DNA of 64,000 nucleotides from Octopus sinensis (taxonomy: Eukaryota): contig NC_043001.1 in assembly GCF_006345805.1 (NCBI RefSeq), positions 105,276,001-105,340,000 on the forward strand, given 5' to 3'. A model generated the notes under the pieces. The model was not told the DNA's origin. It was given only the letters and a program-made list of their open reading frames with translations, and ran no database searches. Position 1 is the first letter of the stretch. Every line of letters begins with the position of its first letter. The position numbers and the translations under genes are program-made. This document shows positions 13,470 through 28,027 of this stretch, in pieces.

Positions 13470-14339
13470 CCGTAAATCCTCGAATATAATACGCAGGGGA
13501 CTTTTAGGGGCAGTACCTCTGAAAAACCTAAAGTTGTGTATAATACGCACCCTTCTCTAAATTTTGAGTCAAGAAGGTCTATATAACGTCCTTGGTTTGT
13601 AAAAATATAAACGGTAACGTCCTTTATTAATATTGTATATATAAAATAATGCAAACGTGTAACTTTTTTGTGCATTTTGTTTGTAGAAAATAAAGAAATA
13701 ACAGCAATAACAGTAATAACGTCAGTGAAAAATAAATATTAAGTAAATTGCCTTTACATTACCAGTTGCAAAAGCAAAAACATTTATTCAAATCCTTCAA
13801 ATTCATCGTCACTTTCAGCATCAAATAACTGTTCTCTTTGTTCCTTCGTAAACATGTCAGCATCATTATAATGTAAATCTCCGTCATCGTCAATTTCATA
13901 GTCAACATCAGACGATTCACTTTCATTTATTTCATCTTTCCATACAACGTCACCCTGAGTACCATCCAATACAGACGATATACAACATTTGATAAAACTT
14001 TTCACAATAATCTGGGATCAAGTTCGTTCCATGCATACACGATCTATTTGCATATCAAAGTCAGGTCGGGAGCGCGAACCCTTCCACCTTTAGTGAACAA
14101 CTTTTCTCCGGTCACCATCCATTCAGTCCATAAATCACTTTATGACTTCACTGCTTTCAGGCTTAGCCTAAGGTATTTTCCCGCCCGACATCACAAAATG
14201 CGTCTGAATAAATATTGCCGGACAGCAAATAGAGACTCGGACATTGCTTAGAAAATATTTTTCATTTTTAACCTCCTATATAGTACACACTAGGGATTTT
14301 GACCTTTAAATTTTGGGGACAAAAAGTGCGGATTTACGG
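13470..14339 (-). mobile_element. Internally deleted pogo-like (Tc1/mariner superfamily) DNA transposon
   Basis: TA-CCGTAAATCC ... GGATTTACGG-TA termini. Minus strand encodes TEWMVTGEKLFTKGGRVRAPD...AWNELD...KSFIKCCISSVLDG...DAESDDEFEGFE, typical of pogo transposase C-termini. Confidence 0.75.
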
Positions 14340-16880
14340 TACTCTCGCAACGTAGATTCTTGTATCTAACGTGGATATACTGATGCCATCTGAGACATGG
14401 TTTCTTTGTAATCAATTCGGAGTGGACATAATTGGAGTGCTTTAGATTGTAGGTCTTCTCAAGTTTACTCTGTCATAAATGCATTACATTCTCATGCAAC
14501 TATCAAACTATCTCCTTGAAATGGATGCCTAAAACGGTTAAAATAATCCTGAATATATCATTCCCCGAATAGAAGTCATGCAGGCGAACCAAAACAGCCT
14601 AAAATAAAATACATACACTTTACCATCACACAAATGTCCTCATAAAATTTTTCTTGAAATTTAGAAGATAAAAATGTCACTAAGGCGATTAAAATACATG
14701 AAACAAGACTATGTCCCTTTAGATCGTAATCATGGCATTGTGGTTCCATCAGATTACCGAACGAAAATAGAAAATAGCATTTGTTGTATAATGATTTCAC
14801 ATGTTATGGGTTCAACAACGCATAGACGAGGTCTGAATTTAGAAGACGAGAATTCACAACAAGGATCTAAGAAGAAATAACAGTTTGGCAAATACAGAAA
14901 AGCACCGACCAATATCTACTAAAAAGTATGAAACCTCTTTAATGTGGAAAATGATCAATATTATGACAATTCGGAAGAGTCCCAAAGTCCATGTTTTGTG
15001 GCGTAAATTCTCTCACCTTTGGACACATTTATTTTTATATAGACAATACATTACCCTTACTAATCCATGAATGCATGTCCTTGTCTAAATCACAACACAG
15101 AATTGAAGCACTATAATGTGAAACAACTACATTTATACGGATGGAATAATACAAAATACGCGACACACAAAACAAATTAAGAAACAAAAATTGCACGCAC
15201 TTTTCTCTTATGAACTTGAGCAAAATCGATTTTTCCATTATTCGTAGCAAATTCATAAAACTAAACGTTACAATATGCGATGTAACTGAGTGAGTTTACG
15301 TCAGTGAAGAAATAAATAGCTATGTAATACACGTAAACCAAAAGGGACCAACCTCGCCGCAAGAGGAAACCAATAAAAAAGAACTAGTGAGCAAAGGTAA
15401 TTCTGTTACCATGTAGAGGTAAGAACAGGGGATATACGAACGTTTCTAGATATGGCATGTGGATAAAAGAGAAATTGGGAGAAAATGGTGTTGTCTTAGA
15501 GATGTACTGTGCTTCGAAGACGGCGAGAAACAGTGAAATAAAGAAATTGTTTTTTTATCAAAGAAGACTGCGCGTGAGATAAGGAAATATGTCTGAATGT
15601 GAGTGCTGAAGATAAAGAAATGATGTGTGTGTGTGTGTGGTGTGTGTGTGTGTGTGTGCATGCGTGGGCACGCGTATGTGTGTTTGTGCGTGTGTGTGTG
15701 TGTGTGTGTGAAATCAGCTTATGTATGCGTGAGGATTGTGTGAGAATTTGATGTAAGGAATTGAGGGGGTGGGCTAGTATATTACTATGGATGTGTGAGC
15801 ATGCGTGAATGTGTGTGTTTATGTGAGCATGCTTTTGTGTGTGTGTGTGCGTTCGCGCACGAATAAGGAATAGGGAAATAAATGTATGAGCAGGGATGTG
15901 AGAATATTTTGCGCTGTGATAGTAAAACTGTCAATGGTTTCCACCCGTCCGTCTATCATCGGGATGTTCATGGGACTTTATGACAAGGTGCCATAATATG
16001 TAGGTGTAGCTGTGCGGTGTGTGGGATGTTGAGATATTTCCGATTATCTAACTGGAAGAGCGAGTGCTTTCAGTGGTGAATATAAAAGTAATGTCTAACG
16101 TACAAAATATGTTTATATGTATTTATGTGTGAAAAGGAAATGAATATGTGAGCAGGCTTTTGTGTGCGAATGTGTTTGTATAGTATCAATAAGACATAAT
16201 GTTATTGAGTTGTTTGAGCAAGCTGTTGTTGTGTAAGCAGGTTGGTGGATCGGTGAGTATAGGAATAAAAAAAAAACAACAGGTTGTTAGTATGCGTATT
16301 CACTGCGAGTGAATGTATTGACCGAAGAGGCGCAGTGAAGTGCAGCGTGTTTGTAACAAGCTGGTTGTCAATATATCGGAGAAGATATATGTTTTGCATT
16401 AGAAGATTAAGCTGTGTTTACGACATTAGAAAGAAACGGAAAATTCTATAATCCCATAAACAGCGATTCGCAGGTGAAACGTAGTCCAAAGAAATAAAGC
16501 CGTGCAGAAAAATGAGCGACCCGTTGCGGTATCATTGGATGTCCTATAAATATTCACTGGAATGGAAAGCCAACCAGCAGGTAGTGTCTAGTATACTCTG
16601 TTTGTCACAGAATTTGCAATTAAGGGTGTAAAGACATTTCAGTCACGTGTCTGGCTTGGTATGACGATGACAATGTTAGTGTAGTTTGATGACGGGTATG
16701 AAATATTGACATGCGCTGAAAAGTGGTTTGAAGAGGCAATATACCAAGGGTGTTTGTAGGGAGACATAAGGGAACTGTGAACGAAAATGAAAAAATATGA
16801 CCTTAATGTAAATGCTTAAATATGACCGTAATATTTCACAGACACACAGACACAGACACACAGACAAACACACACGCGCA

Positions 16881-17000
<120 letters not shown>

Positions 17001-18148
17001 TTTATATATACATTTAATTCATTGAATTATCTTACAACCGTTTTGATATTTCTATATATTAATTTACTAGCTGACTCCGCGCGGTTTATCATTGATGGCT
17101 AAGTGTTATTTAAACAAGGTACAAAATGAAGTTCAGAATAATCACACACAAGCATTCACATATTTCCCAAGCACACACATACACACACGTATTTAAACAG
17201 AATTGGAATGGTGTCAGTTTTTTTTCTTGTCACATATACACACAGAGACACACACACATATATACAAATAAACATCCACATACATCCATTTTTCAATCAC
17301 ACATATACACATATACTCACACAGAGTTGAAAGGCTGTGTTACTATGATTTTCTCCTCACCCTTCACTGACACTAATCTTTCTCTTTCTTCATTCGACTT
17401 TCTTACTTGTAGAAAGCTATTTTGTAAATCAAAGTATTGTTTTTTTCTTTTTATTTATATTTTCGTTTGATATTACCATATTCTTAACTGAATTAGGACA
17501 TATATTATATTTTAGTGGATAATATAACGGCGTGTAGCTATTAATTTTTAATTTATCATTAGATAATCCTATCATTTTTTGTAGTTAATTTTTGTTTCAT
17601 TAAGTTTATCTGGTTTTTCTAGATATTTACATTTCGTGAATTGTAATGTTAATAAAACGCCAGAGCGTTATTCTTTCTTATATATACTTTTCTGGTTTTG
17701 AAAATTTGGCGTTCTAGTTATCTTTCATTCTATGACTATTTGTTCAGTCTCGTCTGGGTTATGAAAGGTCTTTGTATATTTTTGTTGGCTGCATTTATTC
17801 ATGCCAGTAATTTCTGACGATGAATCTAATTTGTATTTCATGAAGAGTTTTTCGTTTTTGTCTTTGGAATTAATTAGACTCCAAAACAATTTGTACCAAA
17901 CGGGATTAGGATTTAAGGATCGTCTACATCTACAATTTTTCCTTAATTTTTCCTTTACTATTTTTGCAAATACTGTCAATATATATATATATTCTTTACT
18001 TGGACTGCACCAGCGGATTTGGATGTTTGAGATCCCTTGGATGGATTTCGGTCCTCACCTCTCTTATACATACATACATACATACATACATACATTACAT
18101 ACATACATACATTACATACATACATGCATGCATACATACATACATACA

Positions 18149-18179
<31 letters not shown>

Positions 18180-18188
18180 CCCACACGC

Positions 18189-18234
<46 letters not shown>

Positions 18235-18759
18235 CGTGAAATAAGCAAATACAGAGATAATTAATAGATTAGTATTTATCAATTTAAAAAATTAACAAAT
18301 ATCTCTTACAGCTGTTTCAATTCTAGACCTTCCGAAAACCAATTAATAAAATTAAGAATTATTATAAAATCGAATCTCGCCGGAGGGAGTTTAAGATATA
18401 CAAAATAGGTGTTCAATACCTGCATATTGAATATACGGCTGCAAACCGTTAACCGATATAATTTATGCATAAAGAATATCGTATAAAACATGGTATAGAC
18501 CTTAGAAAGGGGAGGAATGTTGTGAATATTGGAATTGTAAAGTAAGAATACATCAATATAGTCTATTAGTGTGTTTAGTAAAAGACGAGCTCAAGTAGAT
18601 ATATTGGTATAAATGTGATATATATTGTGATATTACGTCCATCCATATTAAAAATAATAGAAATTTGTATGTAAAGTTTTATTGAAGTGTGTATTTTTTT
18701 TTCTAGTTTCAGCTCAGAGCTGCGGCCATGCTGATGCACCGCCGTTTTGTGCTACACTG

Positions 18760-19970
18760 TTATTGCGAAGAAGCTCGTCTAATATGTGGCATTTGGTGAA
18801 GAATGGAGTTTGATATAGCTACTCTCATTTGCACCTTTTGCCGTGAGGTAGGTTCATCTGGGACTCTTGACAGGAAGATGTCCAGCTTTGATTTAAAAAC
18901 CGCCACATCTACTTTGTGCAAGTTCCTCAGACTCTTTGGGAGAATATTAAAAAGCTGTGGGCCCTTGAAACCCAGGCTGTTGCAGACGCTGGTCCTGAAG
19001 CGTGATGGCATTGCTGGGATCTTTGGCACTCTGCAGTGTTGTCCCGTTCTAGCATTGGTGTAGCTTACAATGCTAAAATTTGGCACAATTTTTTCTAGGA
19101 TATTCCAGACATATATTACTGCATACCTCTCCCGTCTTCTCTCCAGGGAGTAGAGTCTTAGCTGTTTCAACCTTTCCCAGTAGCTGAGCTGTTGCAAAGA
19201 GACGATCTTCATTGTGAATCTTCTCTGGATTGCTTCAAGGTCCGCTGTTAATTTTACACTGGTGGGTGACCATAGCTGTGAGCAGTAATCCAGGCGGCTG
19301 AGGACGAATGTCCGCCAGAGGACCATCATGGTGTCCTTATCTCTGGTTCTGAATGTTCTTAGGATCCACCCAGCCAGTCGTCTGCACTTTGTCGCCATCC
19401 TGGTAATGTGCACTTGGAAAGAGGAATCATCACTCATGTCGATACCCAGGTCCCTCACAGACTCTGGGATTGAAGTTCCCTGTGGACCGGTGTATCCTGT
19501 AAGTTTAATATTCAGTTTTGGATGCTGGTAGCGCAGGGCCTGGAATTTTTCTGCATTAAACTGCATATTATTATCCTCAGCCCATCTGTAGATTGAGTCC
19601 AACATCTGCTGCAGGTGTGCAACATCGCTGGGGTTCTATATTTTCTGCGAGACTTTCGTATCGTCTGCATAGAGTGGCTATCCGGGCATTTGAGGGCATA
19701 TCTGAGAGGGCCGCTATAAAAAGCAGTGGTCCCAAGACAGTGCCCTGTGGAACTCCGCTCACTATTTGTGTGTTCATAGAGGTGGCTCCATTAACCACTA
19801 CTGCCTGACTCCTATCTTTCAGGAAGTCATGTAACCACACTCCAAGTTTTCCAGCTATGCCGAGGTCACGCAGTTTGTGGCATATCATACCATGATCCAC
19901 CTTGTCAAAAGCTTTTGCAAAATCAAGGTAGATTACGTCCACATTTGATTTGTTAAGGTGGAAATCATTC
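18760..19970 (-). mobile_element. CR1-type LINE ORF2 fragment (RT domain to C-terminus), frameshifted
   Basis: VDVIYLDFAKAFDKVDH, SGVPQGTVLGPLLF, frameshifted YADDTK, LSRLDYCSQLWSP, LEAIQRRFT, LYSLERRRER; stop at 18760. Confidence 0.9.
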
Positions 19971-21148
19971 CAGGCAATTGTAAATATCGAAAGGATTAAA
20001 ATACTTATTAGATATATAAACTTAATGGTAGGGTACGTAATAATTTTCAAATAAAATCAAGAATAAAATAAAAATAGAGTAAAAAGTAAAAATAGATTAA
20101 AAATAAATGTATAAAGACTTACCAAATATAGCATTTCACCCCTAAAATAGTTTATTATTGAGCAAGACTAATAGCAACAATAAGGAACTATTGGACAAAC
20201 ATTTGGAATTTCAGATATGCTGCGTTCTCTTGGTGAGATACCGTATGTAAATATATGTTAAGAGGCTCATGTAAGAAGATATATTATTTAACATAAATAA
20301 ATGAACAAAAATTAAAAGGAAGTAAATATATACTCCTGAAAGTAATAATAAGGGCCTAAATAGGGGTCAGTTCAACACGATCAGTTAAAACTTATCAATA
20401 GAATTATTTAAATATTAAAATTTATTGCCCTCAAACCGGAAGTAAGTACAAAATACAGAGGTGAAGAGCTAAAGAACAGCTGCGAATAATTTAAATTAAG
20501 GACATACCAAAGCGAAATCGGGTAAAAGTAAATATATATATATTTTTGCAGTGAATTAGAAAATAGTTTCAGGTTTGGTTAATATCGTACAATTAATATC
20601 GCGGTGAAGAGTTAATAAAAAACTAGGAGTAATCTAAATTCGGGACATACAAAAATGAAACCTGGTAAAGGTAGACATATACAGGCTGTTCAAAGCGTCT
20701 CTTCGCAGTAAGTATTTTATTGCAAAATAAATATTTATAAGATGATAAAAAACTCCAAAAGAACATATTAGAATTTACAAGACCTTAAAAAAAACCTTAT
20801 AAGAAGTGTTGAAAGTATCGTCCTTCATTTTCAATACATAATTTGACTCTTCTACACACGTTTTGAAATACATATTGGATAAAATGATTCGCTGTGGAGT
20901 GACGTTTTGAATATCCTGTATGTTTTACAATGAATTAGAAAATAGCTTAAAGGGTTGGTTCTTTTAGTACAATTCAATATTAATGGGAAAAAAAATTATT
21001 ATTAGCATAAAGGAATAAGTTACTAGATGTACCTTCTTGCAAGGAAAGAAAAACAAATGTAAAAAAGTATTGTTTAGGAGATAGCAATACGTCGAGAGAC
21101 AGAGAGGAGGAATACAGAAAAACTTCAGAGTCTTTCTAACTTGGTGTA

Positions 21149-21262
21149 CTAAGTCAGCCTCTCTTGCAGATGTTTCACATAGCTGGCGGTCTCGCTGGGC
21201 AGCTCCTCCTCCGGTGGGCTTCCCATCAACCGATCAACCGGGAGCCTTACTTCATGGCCTAT
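21149..21262 (-). pseudogene. Gypsy-type integrase C-terminal remnant
   Basis: LLIGHEVRLPVDRLMG...SYVKHLQERLT resembles the FGREVRLPVD...YV..LQERL segment of Gypsy integrases. An LTR-like TGTCACA terminus lies on the minus strand at 22321. Confidence 0.5.
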
Positions 21263-21265
21263 AAG

Positions 21266-21845
21266 CAGAAGGACTAAAAAACACTTATCCTCACCAATGT
21301 AGACACAAGGACTTAAAAAACATTTATCCTCACAACTATAGGCACAAGTACTAAGAAAACCCTTTTCCTCACAACTATAGGAACAAGGAGTAAAAACACT
21401 CAAAACAATAGGTACAAGGACTAAAGAACATTTATCCTCACAACAATAGGCACTAGTACTAAAAGTAGTTGTTTTAGTCCATGAGGCTACAGTTGTGTGG
21501 ATAAGTGTTTTTTCAGTCGTTGTGCCTATTGTTGTGATAATAAGTGTATTTTAGTCCATCTGCCTATACTTGTTAGATTAGGTGTTTTTAGTCCTTGTGC
21601 CTATAGTTTTGAGCATAAGTGTTTTTTCGGTCCTTGTGCCTATTCCTCTTAAGATAAGGGCTTTTAGCCCATATACCTATAGTTAGGATGATAAGTGTTT
21701 TTCTAGTCCTTGTGCCTATAGTTGTGAGGATAAGTGTTTTTAGTCCTTGTGCCTATAGTTGTGAGGAAAAATGTTTTTTCAGTCCTTGTGACTCTAGTTA
21801 TGAGGATAAGTGTCTTTTTAAGTCCTTGTGCGCATAAGTGTTTGT
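21266..21845. repeat. Bidirectional ~37-40 bp minisatellite array
   Basis: About 5 units TAGGCACAAGGACTAAAAA(A)CACTTATCCTCACAACTA, then about 9-10 units of the reverse complement from about 21470. Confidence 0.9.
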
Positions 21846-22496
21846 TTTATTCAAAATTCGGACAGATCTTATGGGATACATCCATTACGTGAAGCCTTTC
21901 TTCACATCCCTTCTTTTTTCTGCGCCAGTAAATTGAAGCTCAGCCAAACCATTGCAGAAAGACCGCCCACAAAAACTGAGATCCCACTTGTTCTGCATTG
22001 CAACCTCCCTGCGACACCTGATTTTTCTACTGCTCTACCATCTCCTAGCAGTTGGCAAGATTCTTCTCATGAGCCTCTTCCATATGTTTTTCTTCTCTGA
22101 GCTCACTGAAACCCAAAATGATTAATTTTTCTGTGGAATGTGAGTAGATCATTATACTTGGCCGGTTTTGTCGTTGATGCAATTTTAACCATTCCCCGAG
22201 ATCCACATACTGCTGCCAATTCCGAGCTGATCGAAAGCAGGCATGATGGTCATGGCAGTTTCAATCAGATGAACGTCTCAACTGCTCTCAGAAAGGTGAC
22301 AGCTTATTTCCCGGTGTGACATTTAGAGAAGTGATCACAAGTGCGACGGATACTGTATTTCGCTGCAAACACACTCACACACACACACATACACACATAC
22401 GCACACGCACACACTCAGACACACGCAGAGATGTGTGCCTATCTATAAAAATCTATCTATTAAAATCTATCCTCATTCTCTCTCTTCCTATCTATA

Positions 22497-22593
<97 letters not shown>

Positions 22594-22614
22594 GATTATC
22601 TATTTATGTATTTA

Positions 22615-23127
22615 CTAGCAGTATCGCCCGGCGTTGCTCGGGTTTGTAAGGAAAATAACTATATAAGCATTTTTAGAGAGTTACTTCCCTTATAGATGCC
22701 AATTCGGGCTTTCTTAGCCATTTCTGTTTTGGTGTCTTCAAGCCATGAAGTCGTTGTTCTAAAAGAACGCTGGTCTCCTTGACAACGCTTTACGACGTTG
22801 ATTTCCTTACACTCCTTTCCCCACAGCTTCACGAGGGAGGGAAGAAGGGGGAGAAGCAAACAGGTGCAGGTGTGACCATGGACGCCAACTCCGCCGCCAT
22901 CGACACACGAAAAATTATGCATTAAAATGGAATAAAAAATGATGTTAAATTATTTTTAAAATCGTAGACTCATCGTAGACGCGCGCTAATACTCAGACGG
23001 GCTCGATATGAATCACAACTATAAGATACCCGAATTTGGTTAAACTGCACCGCAAAATGTGGGAGTAGTTAGGAATCTAAATCGAAGGGGACAGACACTC
23101 ACACAACTACAGTTTTATATATATAGA
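22615..23127 (-). mobile_element. Non-autonomous Helitron (513 bp)
   Basis: Minus strand begins TC(TATATATATAAAA), ends with hairpin CCCGAGCAACGCCGGG then CTAG; inserted between A and T with no TSD. Confidence 0.85.
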
Positions 23128-23981
23128 TTAAGCGTATGATTATATATAGATGTATATATAGCTATACATAGGCACACACACAAATATGTGTGCTTGTGTG
23201 TTTGTGCGTGTGTATGTTTATATCTGTGCGTATGCTTGTATGTGTATATGTATGTATGTTTATGAAAGAAAAGATTTATGTAGGACATCAACATATATTT
23301 GAACTAATATTAATGATAAAGCGTCAATTTTGTTATTTCTTAATTCTAATGCTGACTTTTTTCCCAGAAACGCTCGGAAAAAAAATTTTGAACAATCAAT
23401 GAATTTCCCAAGATCATACATGTAGATCTCCCAGAAGATATAACTGTCAGTTTACATGCATAAACACAAAGCTCAAGAAATTTATTAATCGAAGTATTTT
23501 CATTTTGTTTACGTTTTTCACGTAATTTTATTCCTTGTTTCTTTTTCCTTTCAAATATTGACGTGTACTTAAAACCCTAATCCAAACTCCATATTATTTG
23601 GCAAGTATTTGCTGCTTCTAAAAGCTCGGGATTATTTCGAAATATTTCATAAATTTCTATTCTGTTTCTCATTCATATTCGAGTTTTTACTGCAAACATA
23701 TTTAATATGTTGTCATGACATTTTAAAATGGAGATTCCATTTTTTTCCCGCTCGTGAGTCAGTCGGAAGAAATCTAACAACGGCTTGTCAGCTTGCAGTT
23801 TCTTTTTCTGTTGCTGTTTGCGTTCTTCATGTTGAAGTGTGTGTTAAGAATATTAATGTTTTATGCAATGCATTATTTTTTCAATGCATTTCTAAAGAAC
23901 ATGTGATTTAAGAAAGCTGACACACGGACATTACATATTTACATACATATTGGACATTGACAAATGCATCACTCATGGGTA

Positions 23982-24078
<97 letters not shown>

Positions 24079-24608
24079 TGAACGCTTATACAAACATATC
24101 CATATAGAAATATTTTATGCATGCATACAAAAACATACGTGCGCGTGCGTGAATATAGGTACATATTCATATACATACATGCATACATACACACATACAT
24201 ACATACATACATACATACATACATACATACATACATACATACATACATACATACATACATACATACATAATTATCGCGTCAGAAAGCATAGCCATCTAAT
24301 GGATACAAATATACTTATTAATTAAATTATTCACCTACACTTGTTTAATTTCAGAAACAAAATCCCCAATTATATTTTGGTCCTTATTGGAGCAACAGTC
24401 TTCGAAGACTCATATTGTCGTTCAGTGCTCAAAATGAGGAGTAGATAGACACCAGACAACTGATGAAGGGACGTTCTTTGTGTTACTTGTCCTGTTTTCC
24501 ATTTGTCCCTCTTGTTGTTTGCATATTGAACTCCTTTGTTTTCTTATTTCATGTTGTTTACAGCCGGTGACGTCCTGTACCCATATATGCATATTTACGT
24601 ATGCATAC

Positions 24609-24645
<37 letters not shown>

Positions 24646-24679
24646 TACGTATATATATATATATATATGCATACGTATG

Positions 24680-24738
<59 letters not shown>

Positions 24739-26611
24739 TATCTTAGAGCCTAAATCCCGTCTAACTGAGTAGACGTATGATAATAATCTTCATTTTTGAC
24801 TGCTTCCTTGTTGTTTCCATAATAGGCAGCACGGCAATAAATTACGAATTTTAAACTTTCCTAACACCTTCGCTTCTGATACTTATAAACGTAGAATTAA
24901 CTGATCTAATTTAAAAGCGTACAGAGGATAATATAGAACCACAAATTATACGTATGCGTGTATATATGTATATATGTGTATGTGTGTATGTGTTTGTGTA
25001 TGCGTGCTTGTGCACGCGTGTGCTTAGAAGCAGAGCTCTCCCGTGTGGTCCAGAATATACAGTAGTCATAAATGACCCCGTTTTGTTCTTAGTGAAGGTA
25101 TATCCGGTTTAATAAATCATATATGATTTTATTTGAAAATTTAATTGTCGTGGAAGAAATTACATTGTTTTCCAAAACGATTAGAAGAGCTTGGTGTATA
25201 ATGAGGGCATTGTCCTACAAATACATTTCCAATATAAATTATATATCTAATAATCTAATCATACATATGACATGTCGAATTCAAGCGTATCAAATTAAGA
25301 CATAAGGTTAAGTGAAAGGAAAAACAGTTTTATTTCATTTGTTGCTATTTCATTGTAAATTTGCAGAGGATCTACGCGTCTCCTTTATCGGGTGCAGCTT
25401 ATACAACTACCCATTATGAAGACATAGAAATTTACCCATTTGTAAACATAAGTTGAAAGATTCTCATTTGCAAAAATTGCTGCAAGTGTTTTATAACGAT
25501 TCCAAACATCCTTTCGTTTTACTGTTTGTCCTTAATTAAATATGGCGGCTCAAACGATAAGAGAACAAATAGCAGTATTTCAAATGACTGGTGTTGTAGA
25601 TAATAAAAGTGATGAATGAAGATTAAGACCTGTGGAAAACAACAAAGTGTTGCCATTTTGGATTGTTAATAAATGTGAGGTATTGACAATAAATATAACA
25701 TTTAAAGAGTAAAGTATTATTTGCCAAAACCTAAAACTATTGTGAAATAAAATGAATAATGTTTAACTGTATATGTCGCAGCTTGTATAGTCTAGATCGT
25801 GCTAAACTATCAAATTGTCTTTGCAATATGACTTTTGGTACATAATGCCAGCAACCTCATCTTATCAATGTAGCCACCTCTGTTCAACGTGATTTCAGAT
25901 TCACATACGTGAAACCGGGTTTAGAATTAAAAAAAAAATCAAGCCAAAATTTGTACAACTGTAAAAACAAGACTTCGTCTTCTTTATTTGTGTGGCGTAG
26001 AGGTGAATCAACATTATACATTTGCCTTGATTCCCTCTGTCTGATAATATGTCACATGGAAAGCAAACATATATTTTATCTTCCTGAAAATACATGGAAT
26101 CCTAAGTTGCAAGATTAAAATGCTGTTTTAGGGGCTCTTATAGATTTACATTTTCTGTCTGGTCTGGTAGATTCAGTTTTGTCTATCTGAAGAACCACTG
26201 CATTATTTCCAATTGTTAAGAAAGAACGTGTCAAAAATTACGAACCTTACCAATTGAAATTATATATTCAGCAGCGTAGTTACTTCCTGGATCATAGCTG
26301 ACTGCTTTGTTTTTAAAATCTCTAGAAATTCTTTACTAGAGAGAACACAAGGAGCTTCACCACCCTCATGACGCCTTCCGTTATTAATGATTGACCCAAA
26401 GGTACGCTCTTATTCTAGGATGGTGTATGTGGTTAGCTAGTTTGGTATAAGTTTCGCATTTTGCAGAAGTAAACCGGCCAAGGTATAAAGCTCGTGGCCT
26501 AAACTTATGCGATTAGCCTACATAGGTTTTAGTGTTCCGTTACCTAATATGCACAGTGTTATATTATATCTATAGAAGAATTTAATTCAGAATCGCACTG
26601 AATCATAAAAT

Positions 26612-26825
26612 CCCATTGGATCTTTGCATTTTTATTTTCGACGATGTTTTCCGGTTTGTGGTCGTGCAAACATGTCCATACTTGTTGCAAAGTGTCCAAT
26701 GCACAAGCCTGGCTATGTTGTCGTGGCGTTTCTCATATTCCTTCTGGGTTAGTGGCGTACATCGGCTGGTCATATGTCATCCAGTTTCACCATTTTGTCC
26801 ACAGATTCTGCACTTACTTGTCACT
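26612..26825 (-). mobile_element. R4/Dong-type non-LTR fragment (CCHC/RHD region)
   Basis: Minus translation SKCRICGQNGETG*HMTSRCTPLTQKEYEKRHDNIARLVHW...HKPENIVENKNAK; close to an (ATT)n tract. Confidence 0.7.
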
Positions 26826-26874
26826 CACTAATACGTTGTCTATTCTGCTTTATTCTTAATATTATTATCCTTAC

Positions 26875-26963
<89 letters not shown>

Positions 26964-26965
<2 letters not shown>

Positions 26966-27864
26966 TAGTTTTATTTTTATAGCGTGCTTTCACTTCACTA
27001 CCGAGCACAGCTCTGTGTGCCTTGGGTATGTGCTGTGATTTGTTGTGATGCTCTGATGGTTATTGTATGGAAAGTGTTCTGCGTAGGATGTGTGCAGTGC
27101 CTAGTAGTGCAATTTTCTGTATGTTATATGTGTTTGTAAGTCCTGGTGTTTTTGTTATGTATTTATCTGAATATTTTTTTATCATGCCTAATGCACCTAC
27201 TATGATAGGAATTGTTTCTGTTTTCAGATTCCACATTCTACTTACCTCTATTTCCAGGTCTTTTTATTTTGAGTTTCTCCATTTCTTTTAGAGACACGTT
27301 GTCATCTGCCGGTATTGATACATCAATTAGAAAGCATTTTTTTCTTCATGATCTCTGACAACTATATCTGGTCTGTTGGCCTTAATTTCTCTATCTGCGT
27401 GTATCGGCATATCCCAGAGTATGGTTGCTTTCTCGTTTTCTGTGACCTTTTCTGGTGTGTGCCTATACCATCTTTTTTCTGTTGTTATTCCATAATGTTG
27501 GCATAGCTTCCAATGTATGAAGGTTCCAACTCTGTCATGTCTGTGAATATATTCCTTCTTAGCCAGGACTGGGCAGCTAGAGATAATATGATTTATTGTT
27601 TCTTGTCCATCTCCACATATTCTGCAGTTGCTTGTAATATTTCTTTTCATTACATGTTTTTGGTAATTTCTGGTGGGGAGGCTTTGGTCTTGTGCTGCAA
27701 TTAAAAATCCCTCTGTCTCTGCTTTGAGTCCTGAGCTTCTCAACCATTGCTGGGATTTTTTTGTCTATTTCTTTTGCGTTTAGTTTAGTCCAGTATTTAC
27801 CATGAAGGGGCTTTTCTTGCCATCGTTTTATCATGGTTCGTTGCTGTTCTATTTTTAGTTTGGA

Positions 27865-27865
<1 letters not shown>
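26964..27865 (-). mobile_element. R4/Dong-type non-LTR retrotransposon 3' end (CCHC plus restriction-like endonuclease)
   Basis: WQEKPLHGKYW, GLKAETEGFLIAAQDQSL, CRICG..ETINHIISSC, RHD, RPDIVV.D; stop at 27060-62; 3' end runs into (TAA)n; both sides are trinucleotide arrays. Confidence 0.85.
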
Positions 27866-27908
<43 letters not shown>

Positions 27909-27989
27909 GTTATTATTATTATTATTATTGTTATTGTTGTTGTTGTTGTTATTATTATTATTATCATCATTATCATTATCATTATCATT

Positions 27990-28027
<38 letters not shown>

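Noticed and set aside
14576-14880. Overlapping short ORFs as possible exons
   Set aside because: No AG after the pyrimidine tract and no recognisable motif.
17066-17092. Helitron-like end ACTAGCTGACTCCGCGCGGTTT
   Set aside because: Only the CTAG and a partial hairpin; no matching 5' end identified.
21266-21845. CRISPR-like periodicity
   Set aside because: Units are contiguous with no unique spacers, there are no cas genes, and the context is eukaryotic.
24385-24430. Hammerhead-like GAGCA-CUGAACGA...CGAAGAC..UGCUC on the minus strand
   Set aside because: Stem I fits but the core spacing is off, GAAA is absent and stem II cannot be drawn.
26440-26515. GGCCA...TGGCC stem flanked by core-like words
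   Set aside because: Both core strands are too degenerate (CAGAAGU, UAAAC).
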